This document shows positions 53,546-64,000 of a stretch of 64,000 nt of DNA, piece by piece. Every line of letters begins with the position of its first letter. The stretch's first letter is position 1. The notes below the pieces were generated by a model that had not been told where the DNA came from, did no database searches, and saw only the letters and a list, made by a program, of their open reading frames with translations. The stretch spans positions 19,282,001 through 19,346,000 of the forward strand of contig NC_043020.1 of assembly GCF_006345805.1 (NCBI RefSeq). Reading direction: 5' to 3'. This DNA comes from Octopus sinensis. Its lineage: Eukaryota. Position numbers and translations under genes: made by a program.

Positions 53546-54813
53546 CGAGGGACGTTCAATAAGTTGCAATTATTTGATCTAGCTGTAATTATTGCATGTG
53601 CAATTATTGATATCTCTATAGATTAAGTGGCAAATTACAGCTCTGGACTAATTGCGGTTTCTGATTTACAGGTGTTTGAACTGAGTCAAGTATGAAATGG
53701 AGCCTGTTGAGTGTCGAGCAGTGATCCGGTTTTTGTATTTGAAAGGACGCACACCACGGGAAACTTTTGATGAAATGAAAGTAACTTATGGTGATGATGC
53801 CCCATCATATGACCTTGTAAAACGCTGGCTTCGTGAATTTAAACATGGTCGGAACTCTGTGGAAACAGCTCCCAGATCTGGTCGCCCCCTTCTGCCATTG
53901 ATGAGGCATCTGTCCGTCAAGTTGAGGCTGCCATTTTGGAAGATCGACGCATAACTATTCGCCAAATAGCCCATGAGGTCAAGATTAGTACCGGGTCTGT
54001 GGAAACTATCATTCATGACCATTTGGATATGCAAAAGGTGTCTGCCAGATGGATTCCCAGGTTGCTCACACCTTTCCAGAAACAAGAACGCGTCGAGTGC
54101 ACGAGGATGGATTTGGAGACGTACCAAGAAGATGAGTCAAACTTTTTCAAAAGACTGATTACACAGGATGAAACCTGGGTCCATCACTATGATCCAGAGA
54201 CCAAAGCCCAGTCAATGTAGTGGAAGCACCGTGACTCACCTCCTCCAAAGAAGGCAAGGGTGCAGCCCTCCGCTGGAAAGGTCATGCTCACAGTCTTCTG
54301 GGACCAGGACGGACTAGTGATGACAGATTTCCCGGCAAAGGGTACCACAATTACAGGAGCCTATTATGCTTCACTTTTGAGGAAATTAAGAGAAGCTATC
54401 AAAATCAAGAGGCGGGGCAAGATCAGCAAAGGCATCCTCCTCCTGCAGGACAACGCTCCGGTCCACAACCTGCTTGTCGCTAGATCAGAAGCACAGGCGT
54501 GCGGCTATGAACTCCACCCCCTACTCTCCTGACCTTGCACCCTCTGATTTTCACCTCTTCCCAGCCATGAAGTTGTTTTTGAAAGGAAAGCATTTCCCAG
54601 ATGATGCAGCCTTGATTTCTGAAGTCACGTCGTGGTTGGAGGACCAAGCTGGGGTCTTCTACAAAAACAGTCTCCAGAGCTGCATCGAACGATGGGAGAA
54701 GTGCGTAACTCTGGGTGTTTCCTATGTAGACAAAGACTAATAACTGCGCCAGGTTTCGTTGCTCTACTGCTATAGGAAGTGGGTCAGGGGCATTACTTAT
54801 TGAACGCCCCTCG
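53546..54813 (+). mobile_element. Full-length (1268 bp) mariner, probably irritans subfamily
   Basis: 19-bp TIRs CGAGGGRCGTTCAATAAGT with TA on both sides. Confidence 0.95.
53697..54740 (+). pseudogene. Mariner D,D34D-type transposase, disrupted
   Basis: WIPRLL, TQDETW, QDNAPVH and YSPDLAPSDFHLF motifs; frameshifts near 53885 and 54520; TAG at 54218-54220. Confidence 0.92.
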
Positions 54814-55327
54814 TATATGGTTCAGTACTATTCCCTAGTTGAAAAGAAATTCTAAACATTTGGTTAAATGCTGATAAAAGTATAATTTTCAAACTATATA
54901 GGGCAGAACCTCTTCAGGGTTATTATGAGTTTATAGAACTTGGGTTAAGATTTTTCCTTTGAAGGATACATACAGAATATTAATAAGTTATCAGATATCA
55001 GAGGTAGGGAACGAATAAATAAAGCATCCTTAAAATTCTGTTTACCCATCTCATACACAATTCAGCAAATGCACAGGCCCGAGTATATACATATATTATA
55101 TATCGAATGTTCTTTTTGTCTCTGCTACTTCGCTTCATCCCCCAAGTGGTCCTTGGTTGTAAGACATAACCCTGATTTATCTGTCTCATCCAACCACATA
55201 GAATTTATGCACCAACATATTTTCTTGACCTTAAACATCCTTCGTTTCGCACAAAATTATATTGTGCGTCTAGAGACTACATTACTCCTACTGTAATCCT
55301 TACCTAGTTAATTAATTACTATACATA

Positions 55328-55423
<96 letters not shown>

Positions 55424-55456
55424 CATATATATATATACATATACACACACACACAC

Positions 55457-55488
<32 letters not shown>

Positions 55489-56034
55489 ATAAACTGAAGC
55501 ATTCTTCATGCGCAAACCATGTATCATAACGAACTAAAGAAATTGAATAATAGAAATGCTAAAAATTAAAATGGCAGACAGTTAGCAACGGAAAAGAAAA
55601 GCAGAAACTAAAATTTTAAAAAATAAAAAGTAAAAAAGTAAAAGAACTATCCGCCTTAGACTTGAAATGATAATGCTGGAAAGATATCAAGTCAGTTAAG
55701 AATAGGCGGAATTTTCAAATTCTTCAAAATATATTTATACATATGCATGCGACAACTGAAATTTTTTGATCTGGAATTCAATATAGAATTAGGGATCATA
55801 GATCAAAACAGAATCAGTTCCCTTTCAGTCAAACAAAGTCTACATTTATTCGATCCATTCACATAAGGTATGGATTTCTCAATTACTTTCCATTTAATCA
55901 CATGCGGTGTTTCGTTTTCCTTCAAAGTCCATACGTAGCTAGCCAACTTAGTAGCTTTACTTTTATCCCTATGTCGGAAGCAGGCTATGTGATTGACATA
56001 TATATATATATATAATATATATATATATATACAC

Positions 56035-56519
56035 CAAACCTGGGCACCAAACCGTTAATCTATTAATCGTTAATTAACGCAGTTAACACTTTCGTTAACG
56101 ATTTAACTTTTAAGTTAACTTTGGAAATCATTATCAGACTAATTAACTTCCGTTACAGTTAACTTCTGTTACAGTTAACTTCCGTTACAGTTAACTTCCG
56201 TTACGGTTAACTTCCGTTACAGTTAACTTCCGTTACAGTTAACTTCCGTTACAGTTAACTTCCGTTACAGTTAACTTCCGTTCACTTCAACTGAACTGAA
56301 ATTAACGGATTTTATAGTTTTGGCACTCTTTATAGGGGATTTTAGGTGGTTTTAGAGTAAAAACTGATTTTCTTCTATAATAAAAATTAACGTTAACGGT
56401 TTATCGATAACTTTCGTCACATTAGGAAATAACTGATTAACGGTTATTGAAGTTAACTTTTTGGTTAACTGATTGACGATTAACGAAGTTAACTTTTCGA
56501 TTAACGGTGCCCACTTTTG
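56035..56519. mobile_element. hAT-type MITE with 8-bp TSD and internal 16-bp tandem array
   Basis: TSD ATATACAC at 56027-56034 and 56520-56527; TIRs CAAACCTGGGCAC versus CAAAAGTGGGCAC; ~8.7 copies of TTAACTTCCGTTACAG at 56143-56282. Confidence 0.85.
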
Positions 56520-56751
56520 ATATACACACACACATATATATATACATACTTTTTAAGGTGAATTCTACAATAAAGATGTACTTTTCTCTGCGGGTATTTT
56601 TTTGTTGTCAAATACTCCAAATTTCCTGAAAGTCTTCTAAAGGATATTTGGCTCTACTTGTCAAACATATTTATATTACAATATTTTTCTCTTGAGTCTT
56701 TTTATTGTTTTATTTTTCTGACATTTGTTTGTTTATTATTTTTTACTTCAG

Positions 56752-57185
56752 AAGACGGCGAGCTGGCAGAATCGTTAGCACACCGGGCAAAATGCTTAGC
56801 GGCATTTCGTGTCTTCACGTTCTGAGTACAAATTCCACGGAGGTCGGCTTTACCTTTCATCCTTTGAGGGTCGATAAAATAAGGACCAGTTTAATGCTGG
56901 GGTCAATGTAAAAGACTGCCCCGAAACTTCGTAGTCTTGTGCCGAAATTTTAACCCATTTAAATTAGTACAGTTGAAAACAGTGAGAAACAGAATCGTTA
57001 GCTCGTTGGACAAAATACTTAACAGCATTTCATACGTCTTTATGTTCCGAGTTCAAATTCCGCTGAGCTCGACTTTGCCTTTCATCCTTCTGGGGTCGAT
57101 AAAATAAGAACGGGTTGAGCGTTGGGGTTTTTGTAATCGACTCAACCACTCCCACGAAATTGCTGGCCTTGTGCCACAATTTGAA
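56752..57185 (+). mobile_element. Two SINE family A copies
   Basis: GGCGAGCTGGCAGAATCG head and CCTTTCATCCTT..GGGTCGATAAAATAAG body. Confidence 0.75.
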
Positions 57186-57460
57186 ATCGATATATTTTTT
57201 ACTACTGATTTTGTTTTGTTTGGCGGTTGTTTTGCTTTGCTTTGCTTCCTGTAATCTTCCTGAGAGCCGCAGAAGAGAAAAGAAGCCACTTTTTATCTTA
57301 ACGATCGACGGTAGAATAAAATGAAAGCACTTCAAGAAAAAGCCGACTTAGTTGTCTAATCCCAATAAAAGGCACATCCTTCATAATGGCCAGTAACAAC
57401 CCCCGAGTGAAATGAAATCCAAAACGAAGCAAGAATTTCCACGTCAGATATAAGTTCGCA

Positions 57461-57508
<48 letters not shown>

Positions 57509-57524
57509 GCAGCTGCTGCTGCTG

Positions 57525-57555
<31 letters not shown>

Positions 57556-57714
57556 GACTGCTACTGCATCTGCTACTGCATCTGCTACTGCTACTACTAC
57601 TAATAATGATGATGATGATTTCTTTTATGGATCACAGGGGCCCAAGACATGGAGGACAATACCAAAAGACGAGTAACGACACACAAAAGAAAAACAAAAA
57701 CAAAAAAGAACCAG

Positions 57715-57893
57715 TGGTATATGTAAATCGATTACATCGACCCAAGTGATCAACTAGTACTTATTTTACCGACCCCGAAAGGATGAAAGGCAAAGCCAAC
57801 CTCATCAGAATTTGAACACCGAAATTAAAGACGGATGAAATGCCACTAAGTAATTTGCCCGGCGTGCTAACGGTTCTGCCAGCTCGCCGCCTT
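57715..57893 (-). mobile_element. SINE family A
   Basis: Reverse complement of the family A head and body. Confidence 0.75.
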
Positions 57894-57898
57894 AATAA

Positions 57899-57904
<6 letters not shown>

Positions 57905-57931
<27 letters not shown>

Positions 57932-57950
57932 TAATAATAATAATAATAAG

Positions 57951-57981
<31 letters not shown>

Positions 57982-58108
57982 TAATAATAATAATAATGAT
58001 AATAATAATGATTATATAATAATGATAATGATAATATAATGATAATAATAATAATAATAATAATAATAATATAATAATGATAATAATAAATAATATATAA
58101 TAATAATG

Positions 58109-58139
<31 letters not shown>

Positions 58140-58207
58140 TAATAATAATAATAATAATGATAATAATAATGATAATAATAATAATAATGATAATGATAAT
58201 AATAATG

Positions 58208-58247
<40 letters not shown>

Positions 58248-58290
58248 TAATAATAATAATAATAATAATATAATAATGATAATAATAATG

Positions 58291-58351
<61 letters not shown>
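57905..58351. repeat. (TAA)n/(TGA)n microsatellite
   Basis: Direct reading. Confidence 0.95.
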
Positions 58352-58352
<1 letters not shown>

Positions 58353-59770
58353 GACAAAGATGAGACACAAGTGAGTTCCTTGGTGAACACGGTCCACTGT
58401 TTTAGTACTGATATTAGAACAGAATTTGGACTCAAGAAGTGCGGAATAATCCATCTAAAAAGAGGCAAGGTACAGTCCCTAGTAGGGATGAAATTATTGA
58501 ATAGAGAATTGATTAAACAAATTGAAACGAAAGGATGCAAATGCCTTGGTGTACTGAAGTTCAACGAGATAATGGAAAAGAAAATGAAAGAGCAACTGAG
58601 GATGGGGTATTGCCGAAGAATAAGGTTGGTGTTGTGCTCAAAATTGACTGGATGGAATAAAATCCAAGCAGCTAATACGTGGGCGATAGCATCACTTCGG
58701 TATGGTGCGAGAATTATAAAATGGCAAAAGAGAGAAATGAAGATAATGGATACCAAGACCAGAAAAATGTTGGACAGTACACGGAGTATTCCACCCTAAG
58801 AGTGACACCGATAGGCTGTACCTGTCCAGAAGAAAGGGTGGAAGAGGTTTGATCAGCTGTCAAGGCTGTATTGAAGCAGAGGAAAACAGCTTAGAGTGGT
58901 ATATAAAAATGCTGTGGAGCCACTGTTGAAATTTACGAAGAAGGCCAGCGTCATCAAAACTGAAAATCGTGTAACTAAAAAAATTAAACAAGAAATGAAC
59001 AAAAAGAAAAAAGAAAAAGTATGAAAGAAAACGAAAATGTACGGTCAGTTTGTAAGAGATGTGAACGTGAAGACAGATATATAGGATCAGTGAATATGGA
59101 CGAGGAGGAGTGACCTGGAAGTAGAGACAGAAGCACACACATGCGCAGCTCGCTCAGGAACAAGCGTTAAGGACCAACTATATGAAGTGCAGATTAGACA
59201 ACACTAAAGATAGCAATAACTGCAGAATGTATGGTAAGAGAGTTAAAAGGTATGGTACATCGTTAGCGAATGCCCGAAATTGGCACAACGCTAATACAAA
59301 AGAGACCATGAGAATTGCAAAATCCTGTGGGAGTGATTCAGTGCGATCATCCGACCAGACTTCGGAAACCAGATGTTGTTGTGGTGAATAAAAAAGAAAG
59401 AACATGTATGATAATTGACATAGCATGCCCCGGTGACAACAGGATCAATGTGAAAGTAGAAGAAGAAAAAATAGACAACTATGACGATTTGAAGTGAGAA
59501 ATATGAAGGTGGTTGTGGTCAATGAAGAGAGTAGACGTGATACCACTAGTAACTATGGCATTTGGAAGTATCAGCACTCAACTACCAACATGGCTGAAAA
59601 AGATTGGTGCAAGTGTGAAGAACGCCTACAAAATCTAGCATTTCTTGGAACTGCAAAAATTCTTCGCAGGGTTTTTGAAGCATGACCAGTAAACAAGTGT
59701 CACTTTAGTCTGCTGGCAATGGACAGCTAGCCCTTTCCATCGTGCTCAGCAAAATGAGTAGTGTGTTTTC

Positions 59771-59772
<2 letters not shown>
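58352..59772 (+). mobile_element. Decayed R4/Dong-type RLE LINE between (TAA)n tracts
   Basis: FGLKKCG, KIQAANTWA, QEQALRTN, RPD-type nuclease region VVVNKKERTCMIIDIACPGD; many stops. Confidence 0.85.
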
Positions 59773-59807
<35 letters not shown>

Positions 59808-59836
59808 CATGAGGAGGAGGAGGAGGAGGAGGAGAA

Positions 59837-59872
<36 letters not shown>

Positions 59873-59914
59873 GAAGAAGAAGAAGAAGAAGAAGAAAAGA
59901 AGAAGAAGAAGAAG

Positions 59915-60566
59915 ATGTTCTTTTCTACTCTAGGCACAAAGCTCGAAATTTGGGGGGAAACGTAAAGACAGACGAAATACCTATATCTTTACTACCCACA
60001 AGGAGCTAAACACAGAGAGGGCAAACAAGGACAGTCAAACGGATTAAGTCGATTATATCGACCCCAGTGCGTAACTGGTACTTATTTAATCGACCCCAAA
60101 AGGATGAAAGGCAAAGTTGACCTCGGCGGAATTTTAACTCAGAACGTAGCAGCAGACGAAATACCTATTACTTTACTACCCACAAGGGGCTAAACACAGA
60201 CAGGACAGACAAACGGATTAAGTCGATTATATCGACCCCAGTGCGTACCTGGTACTTATTTAATCGACCCCGAGAGGATGAAAGGCAAAGTCGACCTCGG
60301 CGGAATTTGAACTCATAACGTAGCAGCAGACGAAATACTTATTTCTTTATTACCCATAAGGGGCTAAACACAGAGACAACAAACAAGGACAGACAAACGG
60401 ATTAAGTCGATTACATCGACCCCAGTGCGTAACTGGTACTTAATTTATCGACCCCGAAAGGATGAAAGGCAAAGTCGATCTCGGCGGAATTTGAACTCAG
60501 AACGTAACGGCAGACGAAATACGCCTACGCATTTCGCCCGGCGTGCTAACGTTTCTGCCAGCTTGC
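59915..60566 (-). mobile_element. SINE family A with a tandem trimer body
   Basis: One head (60511-60566) and units starting at 59969, 60153 and 60327 (184, 174, 184 bp). Confidence 0.85.
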
Positions 60567-60584
60567 CTGGATTATACATACATG

Positions 60585-60981
60585 CAGGCAAATAAATGAT
60601 AATAGACCAGACATCGTCATCAAAGACCTAAAACAAAAAATGTCTGTATATTGATATGACGCTGCCTACTGAAAGAAACATCTCAGCAAAAGACTTTGAA
60701 AAAGGGTTGAAATATAAGGGCCTTGAGATTGAGATATCTGGGACGTGGCAATTAAAAACCAAAACCATCCCTGTTGTTGTAGGTGCCCTAGGAAGTATCA
60801 AGAAAGATAGTGACAATTTTTTTGACCAGATCTCTGGGAAACCAATAATCTATGAGACTAAAAAAATTGTGTTGACATCAACCGCCCATATTTTCAGGAA
60901 GATTTTCTCCATCTAATATATACGTGCCTTGGGTCTCTGGTTGAGGCCCGGCCGAAGAAGGAAATAAAATGCAAATCAATC

Positions 60982-60982
<1 letters not shown>
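60585..60982 (+). mobile_element. 3' fragment of an R4/Dong-type RLE LINE with a (TAA)n tail
   Basis: NRPDIVIKD, IDMTLP, KYKGLEIEI..W..KTIPVVVGALG. Confidence 0.8.
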
Positions 60983-61030
<48 letters not shown>

Positions 61031-61031
<1 letters not shown>

Positions 61032-61099
61032 GCCTACCAATGTATACTATGAGTTTCTTTGCCCTAGGAGTCGGGAAGACACTCGGCAAGAAATGGAAG
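61031..61099 (+). mobile_element. 69-nt piece of the 3' UTR of the 39905-41864 element, directly after (TAA)n
   Basis: Matches the reverse complement of 39938-40006 with two mismatches. Confidence 0.8.
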
Positions 61100-61117
61100 A
61101 AGAAAAACCCATAAATA

Positions 61118-61159
<42 letters not shown>

Positions 61160-61196
61160 GTGATGGTGATGGTGATGATGATGATGATGGTGATGG

Positions 61197-61247
<51 letters not shown>

Positions 61248-61544
61248 CGACAACGACGGCGATGATGAGGATGAGGATGAGGATGATATTGATACGAATA
61301 ATATCAACAGTAGAAATTGTAACAAATCAGAAAAAAGCCGGCAAGTATTTACTCATTAGTTTCGAAATCTAAAATTAGGAATGGAGAAGCTTAATTATCA
61401 GTGTAACAGCAGGCAATTAATTTTCAACGCTTAATAATTACTACCGACTACTGCAATTAATGTTTAATAATTTAATTAACCTCTATCACCTGATAATTAC
61501 AACTGAACTATACACACGTATGCACGTACGCACGCACACACAAA

Positions 61545-61670
<126 letters not shown>

Positions 61671-61741
61671 AACATGCAACACACACAACAGGCACACATA
61701 TACGTGCGCAGACACATTTAGATACATACATACATACATAC

Positions 61742-61830
<89 letters not shown>

Positions 61831-62234
61831 GTATATAAATAGACACTCATACACACATCTAAACTTACATATATCCACCTATTTATTCACACATACATAA
61901 AAATACTATACATGCATCCCCCCACACACACACAAATACAAGCTCACACGCAAGTATAGATGCTTATATATACAAATGTTTCGCCAGATCTCCACCACGC
62001 ATCCGCAGTGTAACAAATGATATGAAATATTTCTATCAATTTCTTATTAAGTCCGAAATCTGATTTCTGTCTGTCTTTTTGTTTATTCTTTCTACTGTTA
62101 ATTTTGTTATTCTAAGCTAAAAATCTTGATAGGACAAGATGGACGACTTCAGTAAATTTAGCTGACTATTCATCATTATTAAAAGTAGTTTAGTGAGGGT
62201 CGATTTAAACGAATAGCGATATTCGTAACATATA

Positions 62235-62369
62235 AAGCGGCGAGCAGGCAGAATCGTTAGCACGCCGGATAAAATGCTTAGCGGCAATTCGTCCGTCTTT
62301 GCCTTTCATTCTTTCGGCCTTATGGGTGGATTTAGTAGATGGAAAGTGAAGGAAGCCCGTCGTACGTGC

Positions 62370-62412
<43 letters not shown>

Positions 62413-62637
62413 TGTGTGTGTGTCCAAGGATGTCTCCTCACCAGCGGTTGACAACCGGTGCTGCTGTCTTTACATCCCCCTAACTTAGCGGTACAGAAAA
62501 AGGGACTGATAGAACAAGTATCGGGTTCAAAACAAACCAACTAACAAACAAAAAACAAGCATTGAGGTTGATTCATTCGACTAAAAATTCTTCAAGGCGG
62601 TGCCCCAGCATGGCCGCGGTCTAATGACTGAAACAAG

Positions 62638-62640
<3 letters not shown>
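62235..62640 (+). mobile_element. Chimeric SINE: family A head joined to a family B body
   Basis: GCGGCGAGCAGGCAGAATCG..CCTTTCATTCTTTCGG switches to GTGGATTTAGTAGATGGAAA..CAGCATGGCCGCGGTC. Confidence 0.6.
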
Positions 62641-62671
<31 letters not shown>

Positions 62672-64000
62672 TACTTAACATGAACAGTATTCTCATAGAT
62701 TGCTTTCCATATCTGAACAGCTGCTTCGACATTACAAGTGTTACACGAACAATTCCGCCCTGCTTACGTTTACGGGGTGGTACAGCTGGTAAAATACACA
62801 CGTAAATATTTTTCATTGCATCAAAAGAATAAACAGGCCGTTCGATATTGATGACTCACTAATTCGATAGAAATGCTAGCACTTGTGCATGTCTTCTCTT
62901 TCTCACTACCGTTTATTATTTCATTGAACTCTGGCCGCATGGTAGACTAATCCCCAAAAGAAGAATAAACGCAGGGTGTTGAGACTTTAATATATTTGGT
63001 CATAGCAAAGCGGCACGCTGGCAGAATCGTTAGCACACCAGGCAGAATGATTAACGGCATTTCGTCCGCCTTCACGGTCTGAGTTCAAAGTCGGCTGAGC
63101 TCGACAAATGTAATCTGTAAGCGAAAGAGTAAAAACAATACTAAACTTTTCTCAAATTTAAAATGTGATATTTTTTTTTATCTACATTCCATCGATAGAG
63201 CTTTTTATTTTTATCAGAAGTTGACTGCTTCCTCAGAAGAAGATTGCAAGAAATTAAAACAGAAAACATACATATATTCCAAAGATTCGCCATCTGAGAT
63301 TCTTATGTGAATAGATGCTCACACTTGGGTATATGCATCGGCAATTCAACCAACACATGAACTCACCCTCATATTTACAAACACCGGGAAGTCACTAAAC
63401 CAGAAATGTCTTGTCGATTTGTTTGCGACCGGCTTGAATTCTCTCAAGAACTTAAATAAAACTCAAAGAAAAACCATACATACATACATACGTACGTACG
63501 TACATACATACATACATACATACATACATAAGTATACATTCAAGCATGCAGGTATACATATACAGATACATATCTAGGACGCCCATGATAAAGCCGACCG
63601 TGAGAAGGCCGAACGTAAGATGACCGTATTTCAAATACTGTAAATCCTCGAGTATAACCTAAAATTCAAAATACTGGAAGCATGAAAGACTAAATGCTCG
63701 AAAAACATGCCGGATGCTCTCCTTGTTGTCAACCCTCACCTGTTTCCAAACACGGTAATATTTCCCCATGGCTGGACTTGTTTTCGCAGAAGATTGGAAA
63801 TGAATAACAATAATGGGATGACTGTGACACTCATTTAAAAATATCATGCATGCGTACATACATACATGTGTACATGTTTGTATGTATGTATGTATGTATG
63901 TATGTATGTATGTATGTATGTATGTATGTATGTATGTATGTATGTATGTATGTATGTATGTATGTATGTATAAATGTATGTATGTGCGTATGTATAAATG

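Noticed and set aside
56143-56282. 16-bp repeat array as a CRISPR
   Set aside because: Units are contiguous with no spacers, no cas genes are present, and it lies inside a eukaryotic MITE.
61093-61372. Poly-Asp and poly-Met ORFs
   Set aside because: (GAT)n microsatellite.

Overview
Gene-poor, repeat-saturated animal DNA. The microsatellite density and SINE families suggest a coleoid cephalopod such as Octopus; this is an inference from pattern recognition, not a database result. No host gene is convincingly supported, and nearly all ORF-track entries are translated microsatellites. The window contains four mariner remnants (one full length with TIRs), a 5'-truncated CR1-type LINE, two Tx1/L1-type LINEs, four R4/Dong-type restriction-endonuclease LINE pieces (three with a (TAA)n tract at both ends or the 3' end, one 69-nt 3'-UTR piece directly after a (TAA)n tract), Penelope-like remnants, non-autonomous Helitrons, hAT pieces including a MITE with an 8-bp TSD, many tRNA-derived SINEs, and a 2.5-kb duplication across an N gap that is probably an assembly overlap. 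The most interesting signal is a set of short unrelated elements, several of them fold-back hairpins, embedded in (TA)n/(CA)n tracts. They repeatedly carry minimal type I hammerhead-ribozyme motifs with palindromic stem III (one intact at 4389-4431, minus strand), which points to a microsatellite-targeted, Penelope-derived, ribozyme-bearing non-autonomous element system.
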